Below, in pieces: positions 39,175-51,245 of a stretch of 64,000 bases of DNA; positions within the stretch are counted from its first letter, which is position 1; the number at the start of each line of letters is the position of its first letter. A program made the position numbers and the translations under genes. Under the pieces are notes generated by a model. That model was not told the DNA's origin, ran no database searches, and was given only the letters and a program-made list of their open reading frames with translations. Source of the stretch: Mobula hypostoma (taxonomy: Eukaryota); assembly GCF_963921235.1 (NCBI RefSeq), contig NC_086097.1, positions 212,972,001 through 213,036,000 on the forward strand. Direction: 5' to 3'.

Positions 39175-40100
39175 ATGTCTGTAGGGTTAGTAATTTGCTC
39201 TGGGTGTCAGATGTGGGAATCCTGGGAATCTTCCAATCTCCCAAATGGCCACATCTGCACCAGGTGCACTGAGATGCAGCTTCTGAGAGACTGTGTTAGG
39301 GATCTGGAGCTGTGGCTTGATGACCTACAGCTTATTAGGGAAAGCGAGCAGGAGATCGATAGGAGCTATAGGGAGTTAGTCACCCTGAGGCTGCAGGAGT
39401 TAGATAAATGGGTGACTGTCAGGGAAGGGATGGGAAGAGCTCAGATAGTATAGAGCACCCCTGTGGCCATCCCCCTCAGTAATCATTATCTCGTTTTGGC
39501 TGTTGAGGGGGGTGACCTGACAAAGGATGACTATAGCGACTGAGTCTCAGGCACTGAGCCTGGTTCCGTGGTGCAGATGGGAGAGAAGAAGATGAGGCAT
39601 GCAGTAGTCATAGGGGATTCCATAGTCAGGGGAACAGACAGGAGGTTCTGTCAGCCTGATAGAGATACCCGCATGGTGTGTTGCCTCCCAGGTGCCAGGG
39701 TACGGGATGTCTCAGATCAGGTGTAGAGTATTCTGAAGGGAGAGGATGAACAGCCAGAAGTCTTGGTACACGTTGGTACCAATGACATAGGTAGAAAAAG
39801 GGAGGAGGTCCTGAAGAGAGAACTCAGGGAATTGGGTAGGACACTGAAAAGCAGGACCTCCAGGGTAGTAACCTCAGGATTGCTGCCTGTGCCACATGCT
39901 AAAGAGCACAAGAATAGCATGATCAGGTATATTAATGCATGGCTGAGAGACTGGTGTAGGGGACAGAGCTTCTGTTTCCAGGATTATTGGGGCCTCTTCT
40001 GGGGGAGGTACAACCTGTACAAAAAGGACGGATTACACCTGTACCCAAAGGGGTCCAATATCCTAGCAGGCAGGTTTAGTAGAGCTGCCAGGAAGGTTTT
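39175..40100 (+). pseudogene. CR1 ORF1p: zinc finger, coiled coil and SGNH esterase
   Basis: CSGC...HICTRC, VVIGDSIVR, CCLPGARV, VHVGTNDIG, DGLHL; in-frame stops. Confidence 0.9.
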
Positions 40101-40289
40101 AACTAATTTGGCACGGGGATGGGAACTGGAGTGATAGGGCTGAGGAAAAGGAAAACAGAAATAAATTAAAGATAGTGTGCAACAGAAATGATAGAAAGGA
40201 CAGGCAGGAGATGAGGCATAGTCACAGCCAGTGGGATGATTTGCAGGGCAATAGAGGTGTAGTGCAGTTAAAACAGAAAGCAACAAATA

Positions 40290-42915
40290 CTGGACTGAAA
40301 GTGTAATATTTGAATGCACACAGCATAAGAAATAAAATGGACGATCTTGAAATTAGAAAGGGATGACATATGATTGGAACGTGTAGAGCGTCTATGTGTT
40401 GAGTGAAGAAATGGCAAGGGTAAAAGGACCCTAACAGCAGTTGTATACAGGCCTCCAAACAGCAGCCGGGATATGGATTACAAATTAGAGCAGAAGATAG
40501 AAAAGGCGTGTCAGAAGGGCAATGTCATGATAATCGTTGGGGATTTTAACATGAAAGTGGATTGGTAAAATCAGGTCAGTACTGGACCTCAAGAAAGAGA
40601 ATTTGTAGAATGTGTAAGGAATGGCTTTTTAGAACAGCTTGTTGTTGAGCCCACTAGGAGATCGGCTTTGCTGGATTGGGTGCTGTGCAATGATCTGGAA
40701 GTGATAAAACAGCTTATGGTTATGGAACCCTTGGGGAACAGTGATCACAATATGATTGAGTTCACTTTGAAATTTGAGAAGGAGAAACTAAATTTCTATG
40801 TGTTGGTATTTCAGTGGAATAAAGGAAATTGCAATAGCATGAGAGGGGAACTGGCCAAGGTTGACTGGAAAGAGACACTAGCAGGAAGGACAGCAGAACA
40901 GCAATGGCTGGAGTTTCTGTGAAAAATGAGGGAAGTGCAAGACAGATATATTCCAAATAAAAAGAAATTTTTGAATGGAAGAAGGACACTACCATGGTTG
41001 ACAAGTGAAGTTAGAGCCAAAGTAAAAGCAAAAGAGAGAACATACAAGGAAGCCAGAGAAAGTGGGAAGATAGAGGATTGGGAAGCTTTTTAAAACTTGC
41101 AGAAGGAAACTAAGAGGTCATTAGGAAGGAAAAGATGAATTATGAAAGGAAGCTGGCGACTAATATCAAAGAAGATACTAAAAGCTTTTTTAAGTATATA
41201 AAGGGTAGAAGAGAGTTGAGGGTAGATATAGGACTAAAAGAAAATAACAGTAGAGATATTCTAATGAGAGATGCAGAGAAGGCACAGGAACTGAGTGTGT
41301 ATTTTGCATCAGTCTTCACAGTGGAAGACGTGTGCAGTACACCGGACATTCAAGAGTGTCAGGGAAGTGAAGTATGTGCAGTGAAAATTACAACTGAGAA
41401 GGTGCTCAGGAAACTTAATGGTCTGAGGGTGGATAAATCTCCTGGACCTGATGGAATGCACGCTCGGGTTCTGAAGGAAGTAGCTGGAGAGATTGCGGAC
41501 GCATTAACAATGATCTTTCAAGAATCAGTAAATTCTGGCATTGTACCAGATAACTGGAAAATTGCAAATGTTACTCCGCTATATAAGAAGGGTGGGAGGC
41601 AACAGAAAGAAAACTATAGACCTGTTAGCCTGACATCAGTGGTTGGAAAGTTGTTGGATGCGATTGTTAGGGATGAGTTTACGGAGTACCTGGAGGTGCA
41701 TGACAAGACAGGCCAAAGTCAGCGTGGTTTCCTGAAAGGAAAATCCTGCCTGACAAACTTACTGCAATTTTTAAGGAAATTACAAGCAGGGTAAACAAAG
41801 GAGATGCAGTAGGTGTGCTGCACTTGGATTTTCAGAAGGCCTTTGAAAAGATGCCGCACATGAGGCTGCTTAGCAAGGTAAGGGCCCATGGAATTACAGG
41901 AGGGTTACTAACATGGGTGGAGCATTGGCTGATCAGCAGAAAACAGAGTGCGGGAATAAAAGGGTCCTATTCTGGCTGGTTGCCTGCCTGTTACCAGTGG
42001 AGTTCCACAGGGGCTGGTGTTGGGACCACTGCTTTTTACAATGTATGTTAATGAATTGGACTATGGGATTAATGGATTGGTGGCTAAACTTCCCAATGAT
42101 ACAAAGATAGGTGGAGGAGTGGGTAGTGTTGAGGAAACAGAGAGACTTAGATAGTTTAGGGGAATGGGCAAAAAAGTGACAGATGAAATACAATGTTGGT
42201 AAGTGCATGATCATGCACTTTGATGGAAGAAATAAACGGGCAGACTATTATTTAGATGGGGAGAGAATTCAAAATGCAGAAATGCAAAGGGATTTGGGAG
42301 TCCTTGTGCAGGATATCCTAAAGGTTAGCCTCCAGGTTAAGTCGATGGTGAAGAAGACGAAAGCAATGTTGGCAATCATTTCTAGAGGTATAGAATATAT
42401 GAGCAGGGATGTGATGTTGAGGCTCTGTAAGGCACTCGTGATACCACACTTGGAGTGTTGTGTGCAGTTTTGGGCTCCTTATTTTAGAAAGGATATACTG
42501 AGATTGGAGAGGATTCAGAGAAGATTCACGAGAATGATTCCAGGAATGAAAGGGTTACCATATGAGGAACGTCTGGCAGCTCTTGGGCTGTATTCCCTGG
42601 AGTTCAGAAGAATGAGGGGGGAACTTCATAGAAACATTCCAAATGTTAAATGGCCTGAACAGATTAGACATGACAAAGTTATTTCCCATGGTAGGGAAGT
42701 CTAGAACAAGAGGGCACAATTTCAGGATTGAAAGACGTCCATGTAGAACAGAGATGTGGAGAAATTACTTTAGTCAGAGGGTGGTAAATCTGTGGAATTT
42801 GTTGCCACGAGCAGCTGTGGAGGCCAAGTTGTTGGGTATATTTAAGGCAGAGATAGATAGGTTCTTGATTAGCTGGGGCAGCAATGGGTATGGGGAGAAG
42901 GCAGGGGAGTGGGGA
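40290..42915 (+). pseudogene. CR1 ORF2p: APE and reverse transcriptase, disrupted
   Basis: YLNAHSIRNK, GDFN, LGNSDH, KSPGPDG, NYRPVSLTSVVGK, LDFQKAF, KLPNDT (mutated FADD); stops, frameshifts and an APE deletion. Confidence 0.92.
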
Positions 42916-43049
42916 TGACTGGAAGAATTGGATCACCCATCATCGAATGGCAAAGCAGACTCAATAGGCTGAATGGCCTACTACTGCTCCTATATCTTAT
43001 GGTCTTCTGGTTTAAAGTTATTAAAATCAATCTTGAGATCAGAAGGCTA

Positions 43050-43330
43050 TAAAGCACCTTATTCTATTACTCAAGCTTTCTTTGGGTTTTAATTAGCGAA
43101 TTTGAAGGAAGGGGGTCAAAGGAGTCAAAGTGTTAGTGGTACAGAGAATTCAAAATGGTGAGCAATTGTAAACAAAGAGTCACAACAGACTGAATGCAGA
43201 TGATCAGCCATAATATCATCCAATCTACATGTAATACCTCATATGTAGACGAGGTCACATCAAGAGAAGTGAATAGAATAGAGTGAAAAGTGGATTACAG
43301 TACAGATAAATTTAGATTATAGATGTTGTT
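43050..43330 (-). mobile_element. Degenerate Penelope-like GIY-YIG fragment
   Basis: Weak resemblance to reverse Penelope endonuclease sequence. Confidence 0.3.
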
Positions 43331-45659
43331 CATTGGCAACATCCAGGGAGTTTGCATACCAGATGTATAATTACAGACAGTACTCTGATACTAGATTAAA
43401 CTTTAAAAAAAACACTTCTTTACGAAATAAGTATTGGGCAATTTTTAACATCTATGAATAATTCTTGAAGAATTGATTATTTTGTGAAGTGTGGACTCTC
43501 CTTGAATTGCCCTCTCCACTCCTGCCCCCGCTCTAGAATACAAAACACGACTGATTTCTAATGAAAAATGTTATCTCTACTTCTCTAACCTGAATAGTGT
43601 TTCCAATTTTAAATAAATTATTCTGTATAGCATCTATTTTCTTCAGAGTCCCTAGATTTCTATTTGTAAAGAAGCATGGGCAATGAAAACCTCTGAATAG
43701 CTCTCATTGAGTCTCACAAAATGGCATTTATTAGCATAGTCTTATGACTTCAGTCATAATGACAACGTTCAGGCTGCTGCAAAAAAAAAATCAGGCACTA
43801 CTTTCTTCCCTTCATAGTAGGGTCTGAGAGGTTAGTAAAAGCAAAATGCTTAATTATGATTCTGTATTACAATGTTCTTTGAGAATAAGATTGTCTAGGG
43901 TTCATCATATGTGAAGAAGGTCACAACATGACAATCTTGCCTGATTTTCTTTTTAAATCTCTATATCTATTGCTCAAAATAACATTTTACAAAGAAGCAA
44001 ATATTACTCTTCAGATAAATTAACTTGAGTTTATTTTCATAATCTAAATACTTCTGTACTTCCGGCAATGTGAATTGGATTATGATAATGGAGAAATGAT
44101 TGCTTAGTTCAATAAGAGTGGCACTTTAGCCATGAAGCATCACTTATAATGAAACTAAACACATAACTCATTCCTAGGAAAGCTTTCAGAAAATGCTCCT
44201 GTAAAATTAAATCTCCCTTTAAAGTAGAGTATAAACTTGAGATAATTGCAACCATTAACTTTTTTTTTGCATACCTCCAGTTTCAATGTCATGCTGAATC
44301 ACCACAAAAACAGTTTTTGGTTGCTTTTGGAACAACTTCAGGATTCTAATGTTCATCTCGCAAGACCTTTTAAGAAATATTAGACCCAATATTAGGTTAT
44401 CTTATTATAATCATAGAATCTAGTAGGCATTTGCGCATTCTGCACAGTAAATCTAGTGCTAAAGAAGCAAGGAACCAAAATTTATTTAAGTTTTCATTGT
44501 TGAGTCGGGGAATCCCACTTCAAATGCCGCTAATGTGTTGTCACAAGTATTTTTGGAGCCTAACTGCCTAAAAGTCTCATAAGGTGAGAGGAGATAGATG
44601 AGGAAGGAATTGGAAATTGGATGCGGAAGAGTACTAAAATTTTTAAGACCATAAGACATATTTGGTATAAAATACTCTAGGATCACAGCCTCATAGCAGC
44701 AGGATCTGAAGCAAATAATTTCAATTTTTGCATCCTTTTCCCAGCATGATTGCAAAGTGTACTTCAAGCAATATCTGTAAACCTATTTCCTGTTATTTGA
44801 GTCAATATTGCTGAAAATTGAGTTACTGCCAGTTGGGCACATGTTCTGACCATAGATTTTAATAAATAACAAAGTAATCTAAATTCCTTGTTCTGTGGTG
44901 AATTACCTTTATGTTATTGCCATGCTATGACACCCATGCCATTCTATTTTTTTCATCTAAGCTTAAAGCTGAGCCCCACATACTCATGACGATCTATAGG
45001 ATCAATCCATTCATCACCAAAGTGTAATAACTTCTGATGACTGGCCAGGTTATCTTCCATGACTTGAAAAACACTCATTGCTGAAGGGCCCTACTTATAA
45101 GTTCAAATCCTGTTTAACCTAGCAACTGAAATTGCAACTTCTCTTTTGACTTAGTACTTTCTAACTTTTCCCCATCCTTCAACTTCTAGGCCAAAGCAAA
45201 CAGAAGTTCAGCTCTCTGCCCTGTTCTTGTTTTTGTCAGCTGATTCAACTTTATTATGTTACAAAATCATAAATTTAAATTCCAGTAGTTAAACAGAATA
45301 TCAATAGTTATGATGTAGTTGCACGTAAAATAGGAATTTAGCTTGGTAAGAGTTCAGCAGGGAAGAGTGTCTGAATGAAATTACATGTTCACAAATGAGG
45401 TTCTACTTAATAAATGGGGTTATATTTTAGGGGAGAAAATACGGACTTCAAATAATTTTCACTTGCACTTGTATTGCTAAAATTAGCTAAACATTTATTT
45501 GTATGAGATCTCATGCGCAATACAACAATTTCTTCTGGCACACAGCAGGGTCTCATCTTTGTCTGTATACTAAGGAGTCTACTTTTTCTGATAGTTTTGA
45601 GCTCAGTAGTTCCTGATTCTGGAGACATTATTATGATTATATTATAGCCTTGTAGATAT

Positions 45660-46145
45660 TCAGAAGTCAGAACCAGAATCAGAATCAGAATCAGGTTTGT
45701 TATCACCGCAACGTGACGTGAAATTTGTTAACTTGGCAGCAGCAGTTCAGTACAATTCCTAATCTAGCAGAGAGAAAAAAAATTTAAAAAAATAACAATA
45801 ATAAATAAATAAACAAGTAAATCAGTTACGTATATAGAATAGATTAAAAAATGTGTAAAAATGGAAATACTGTATATTAAAAAAAATGAGGTAGTGCCCA
45901 AAGATCCAATGTCCATTTAGGAATTGGATGGCGGAGGGGAAGGAGCTGTTTCTGAATCACTGAGTGTGTGTCTTCAGGCTTCTGTACCTCCTACCTGATG
46001 GTAACAGTGAGAAAAGGGCATGCCCTGGGTGCTGGAGGTCCTTAATAATGGACGCTGCCTTTCTGAGACACCGCTCCCTAAAGATGTCCAGTTATTTTGT
46101 AGGCTAGTACCCAAGATGGAACTGACTAGATTTACAATCTTCTGT
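45660..46145 (-). mobile_element. Rex1/Babar 3' fragment
   Basis: (AGAATC)n tail; reverse PSGRRYRSLKTH. Confidence 0.85.
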
Positions 46146-46439
46146 AAAGAGTGTCAGAGAGAAAAAATATATTGTTAAACTTCAACAAATACCCATCCTG
46201 CCTTCCCCAAGCAATCACCCCATCACGAAATTCATTGTCCTCTTCCCCTTCTCCAACCCCCATCCTCAACCAACACTGTTGTCTCAATTTTTACATTTGC
46301 AGAGCCTTTAGTTCTCTTGGGGCAAGCTGAAATATCAAGCCTGTTGTCAAGTTCTTGATTTACAGGCCACAAACTCCAAAGCCTGGGCCCATTAATGTAG
46401 AAACAGTTAGCCACCCTTCCTGTGATATGACCACAGATA

Positions 46440-47340
46440 GCATTAGCAAACATTTCGAGTTAATTAGCAGCCCTCAGGAAATAGTTCTGGCTGTTGCCTG
46501 AACAACTCACCCCGGTGTAGCTGAAATTAGCTTGATGCAGCTGATGATGTCATAGGTCACACATTTTCTTCGTTGCCAACAGAAATTGGAGCTTTTGGGA
46601 GAAGCCTACAACCTTTACTGTTCACTGACAATGAGTCAAAGCACAGTGGCAGGGCAGGACTCCGAAATGACGCAGCAAATGAAAGGTCTGTATTGTCACA
46701 TCAATATGTTGCACACAGAATCTTCCAGCCTGACTGTTCAATGGGCCAGCAGCATGGTAGATAATTCAAGGGAGTTGTTGATTGCAGCCTTTATAGCAGA
46801 TTAATGCTGAGTCTGTGCTATCATCACGTATTCCTTTATTCCTGTGAGGAAATTGGGCCAGTTCATCTTTTGGGCTAGTCTCCCACATTTTTCTCACCTC
46901 CCTGGCAGCGTTTTCTGCCACAGTACTGTGGCTGCCATGGAGCAAACTGCTTTAGCAATGACTCACATCACGGAAATTAACACAGTGGTGTCGCAGCGGC
47001 TGAAAACTCTGCATCAATCTCCCCTCGGGAACTGTAGATGTTTCTTTCTGGCATCTGAATCTGTGTGCCGAATGCTGAAACATTCTTCTCCAACCTTGTA
47101 AACATTTCAAGAGACCAGAGCAGGCATCATTGCAATACAAAGCACACACCACACATACGGGTAAACTTTAATTTTTACGCCCACGTTCCTAACCTTTGCC
47201 GAAAGCTGAACAATGCACTCTGTAAGGATTTCAGCACAATAAATCTGCCATCTTCACTTTGGTTTTCCATTGTGGCATGTGATACGTGGCTGTGGAATCT
47301 ATCTTCATACATTCACAGTTACTCAATCATCAGTTAGGTG
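46440..47340. promoter_or_regulatory. Candidate enhancer or conserved non-coding element
   Basis: Repeat-free, higher GC, clustered TGAGTCA, TGACTCA, TGACGCAGCA, TGATGTCA and CAGCTG. Confidence 0.25.
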
Positions 47341-48264
47341 AGAACTCACACCATCACCACACGAGGGAGAATAGGATTCTTTTTTCCTTTTGTTATTATA
47401 ACAAATAAAATATAAATTTCATTAAATTTATTAAATATTATCTCATCATTATTTTGAAATAATTTGTTCCCAAAACTAGCGGTTGAATTTTTTATATCAG
47501 ACCAAAATCTTAACATTTATGCTTTCTACTTTATGGGAAGATCAAATAAGTTTCTATGGTTTTCAAAGCCTTGATGGGAAGATGGCTGGACTTAGTCCTT
47601 AAACTGCTGGAAAACAGTGCAGAAAGAACAGATGCTGTTTTCTCCCGGTAGGGATTAGTTTTTAGTTCCAAGTGCTCCTGCCACGTTTTGTCAACCTGCA
47701 ACCTTATCCTTCAACATCTTTGAATTAAGGAGGACAGCATGTGTATAAATGTCTCTCTCCAGCAGACTTCATCATGATCATCATGACTCCAGTATTTCTA
47801 CTATGTTTTAATGTTTCTTAATTGTACATATCATTTTTTTGTGTTCTATCGCTGAGCAGCAGTGAACCATCTAATTGTCCTATCAGAGTTCTCTCTTTGG
47901 GAACTAGTTGACATGATCAGCATTTCTGATCTGGCTATTGTTCACGATTGCACTTAATAAAAAAAAGTAATTTAATGTATATCAATGCAGCATATTAGTC
48001 ATATTTGACATTAAGGCAGCAAAATAACATCAATGCATATTAACAGACTGCTGTGTCCAAAGTGTGTTTTCCAACCACATCATAAAATGTGTGACATTTG
48101 TAAAGTGCAGCAACATAACAGGAAACTAGTAAAGTAGTTCTACCTTATGCTTTGTTACATTTTGAAACTAAGAGTAAATCAAATCAGTGTACAGTTTTCC
48201 CAGAATTGTAGTATTATCATTATGTATTAAATGCCAACATAATATTATTTATCCATTAAATACA

Positions 48265-48485
48265 GTTCACCTTCTTCACTCAGAAGGTGGTGTGAGTGTG
48301 GAACAAGTTGCCAGTGGAAATGGTGGATGCAGTTTTGATTGCAACAGTTAAGAGGAGTTTGGATATGTATATGGATGAGAATGGTATGGAAGGCTGTGGT
48401 CCATATTGCAGTAGATGGGACTAGCTGGGTCAGCACGGATTAGTTGGGCCAAAGGGCCTGTTCTGTGTTGTCCTACTGTATACCC
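48265..48485 (+). mobile_element. CR1 3' tail
   Basis: TTCTTCACTCAGAAGGTGGTG...TGGAAC...GGGCCAAAGGGCCTGTT. Confidence 0.75.
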
Positions 48486-49850
48486 ACTCACATCTATGAC
48501 AATAAGATGCTTTGAGAGGTTGGTCATGACGAGACTGAACTCCTGCCTCAGCAAGGTCCTGACCCAATGCAATTTGCCTGTTGCCACAATAGGTCCACAG
48601 CAGATGCAATCTCAGTGGCACTTCACACAGCTGACACAAATACTTACGTCAAGATACCGTTCATTAACTATAGCTCAGCATTTAATACCATCATTCCCAC
48701 AATCCTGATTGATAAGTTACAGGACCTGGGCCTCTGTACCTCCCTCTGCCATTGGATACTCAACTTCCTGACCAGAAGACCACAGCCTGTGTGGATTGGT
48801 GATAATATCTCCACCTCGCTGACGATTAACATTGGTGCACCTCAGGGGTATGTGCTTAGCACACTGTCTCTATACCCATGACTGTGTGGCTAGGTATAGC
48901 TCAAATGCCATCTATAAATTTGCTGATGATACCACCATTGTTGGCAGAATCGCAGATGGAGATGAGAAGGTGTACAGGAGCAAGATATACCACCTAGTTG
49001 AGCTGTGTCATAGCAACAACCACAGTAAGACCAACATCAGTAAGACGAAATAGCTGATTGTGGACTTCAGGAAGGGTAAGACAAAGGAACACCTACTAGT
49101 CCTCATAGAGGGATCAGGTGGAGAGAGTGAGCAGTTTTAGGTTCCTGGGTGTCAAGATCACTGAGGATCTAACCTGGCCCCAACATATTGATGTGGCTAT
49201 AAAGAAGGTAAGACAGCAGCTATATTTCATTAGGAGTTTGAAGAGATTTGATTTGTCAGCCAAAACTCTCGAAAACTTCTTTAGATGTACCATGGAGAGC
49301 ATTCTGACAGGCTGCATCACCATCTGGTATGGTGGGGGCGGGATGGGGCTGGGGGGGGGTGGGGTGCTACTGCACAGGACCGAAAGAATCTACAGAAAAT
49401 CATAAAATTAGTCAGCTCCATCTTGAATACTAGCCTCCGTTGTATCCAAGGCATCTTTCAAGGATCAGTGCCTCAGAAAGGCGACATCCATTATTAAGGA
49501 TCCACATCACCCAGGATATGCCCTCTTCTCAATGTTACCATCAGGAAGGAGGTACAGAATCCTGAAGGCGCACACTCAGTAATTCAGGAACAGCTTCTTC
49601 CCCTCTGCCATCCAATTTCAAAATGGATATTGAACCCATGAACATTACCTCACTTTTTTTTATAATATGTTATTTGCTTTGCACTATTTAAATCTATTCA
49701 ATATATATATACTTTCTTTAATTGATTTACTTATTTATTTACTTTTATTCTTTCTGTATTATCACCTATTGCATAGTACTGCTGCTGCTAAGTTAACAAA
49801 TTTCACGACACAAGCCGATGATAATAAACCTGATTCTGATTCTGATTCTA
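48486..49850 (+). mobile_element. Rex1/Babar RT and 3' fragment
   Basis: [44 protein letters not shown]; (GATTCT)n tail. Confidence 0.92.
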
Positions 49851-50068
49851 TGAGTTCCAAACCTCAAGGCTAATGATAATCTAAAATGATTTTTAGAGGT
49901 ACAAAATGTTAAATGGCAAAATAACCTAACACAACAAAAGATTAAACAAAGAAAGATACAATTCTAGGGAATATACTTCAGCAAACTGCTTAAATTACAA
50001 TCTTTCACTGGAAATGATAAATACAATGGATGTGAAATTTCTACAGTTTTACATGGGTAGGGATTACT

Positions 50069-50533
50069 TGTCACAACCACAGATTTGGCATCACAGCAGA
50101 TATGACAATTACGCTCGTGAGTATGCATGGATCAGCTAATTTGATGGGACTTTCGAGAGACTTTGAGACTTTTTTTTACCGTGTTCATGGTCTGTTCTTC
50201 ATCAAATTACGGTATTGCTTTGCACTGTTGTAACTATATGTAATAATAATGTGGTTTTTGTCAGTTTTGTTTGTCTTGTGTTTCTGTGATATCATTCTGG
50301 AGGAACAAATTGTATCATTTCTTAATGCATGCATTACTAAATTACAGTAAAAGAGGACTGCGTGTCCTCATAATCTAATCTAATTATTTAATTGTGATGG
50401 TATTTAACTCCACTCTTTCCATCATAGCACTTGTCCAGACTTGAGGAAAGCACAGCAAAGTTTTACTGCCAGCTTGCATTCCGCCTTGCCAGAGAAATTG
50501 GACTGTCAAGTCAACTGACTCTAAAGACTAGCG
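50069..50533 (+). mobile_element. Partial LTR related to the 54467-54895 LTR
   Basis: TGTCACAACCACAG...GCTCGTGA...GGTATTTAACTCC...AAAGCACAGCAA...GACTAGCG is collinear with the 3' LTR. Confidence 0.75.
50142..50379 (+). mobile_element. LINE 3' UTR fragment with (TAATC)n tail inserted in the LTR
   Basis: Flanked by CTAATT duplication; absent from the 3' LTR. Confidence 0.65.
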
Positions 50534-51245
50534 GCAGCAGCTATTCCAGAAAATGAGCGCATTGTTCATAATTTGAAATTCATTGTTGACTTTGCAAGCT
50601 TTTAAAGTGTCTAATTTGAAAGATGAGATGTTTTTGAAGCTTCTTTTGAGTTTCATTGGAACAGTGTAGGAGGCAAAGACCAAAGTGAGAGTTCGGCAAA
50701 GACGAAAATGAAAACCAAAAATTCAGAGTTACGTGAACAGAAAATGCTGGAAACACCCAGCGGATCAGGTATTGCCTGTGGAGTTACCTTTCCAGGTTGA
50801 ACAACCACTCCCCCCCCCCCGCCCCCACAACACCCTACCATCAGAATGGAAGGCCGGAGAGAAAGCAAATTAGTTTTAAATCTCATTAAGGCTGAGGAAG
50901 GGAGAATAGGACAAAGTGAATATCTTTTTCAGAGTGAAGCCAGGGTGGGTTGTAAAGGTTGTCTTACTGTCAGGTTAATAGAGACTCTTAAGAAATGAGA
51001 AAATAAACAAAATCAATGAGGCTAGTGCAGTTAAAGATTGAGAATGTAAACAACAGAACCTGAAATGTTGCAAAAATGCAGTGTTGTGGGATGCGCCTAA
51101 CAGATCAGTCTGAGCTAATAGAAAGAGAAAAACTAAGCCAATTTCACAGATTTCACAGAAGTTGCAAGTGCTGCTGCAAACAGAGAAAAGAGGTTATCTG
51201 ATGTTGCAGAATTCAGTGGTGAGGCTTGAAGACTGTAACATGCCC

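Larger units (their letters stand above)
39015..43010 (+). mobile_element. Full-length CR1 LINE with 10-bp TSD
   Basis: TTTAAAGTTA at 39005-39014 and 43011-43020; 5' UTR, ORF1, ORF2 and TCTTATGGTCTT tail. Confidence 0.95.

Noticed and set aside
39763..40134. Host GDSL lipase gene
   Set aside because: Part of CR1 ORF1
46505..46610. Minus-strand exon ending at a GTGAGT donor
   Set aside because: No pyrimidine tract for the open-frame version, and it does not fit the phases of the other candidates
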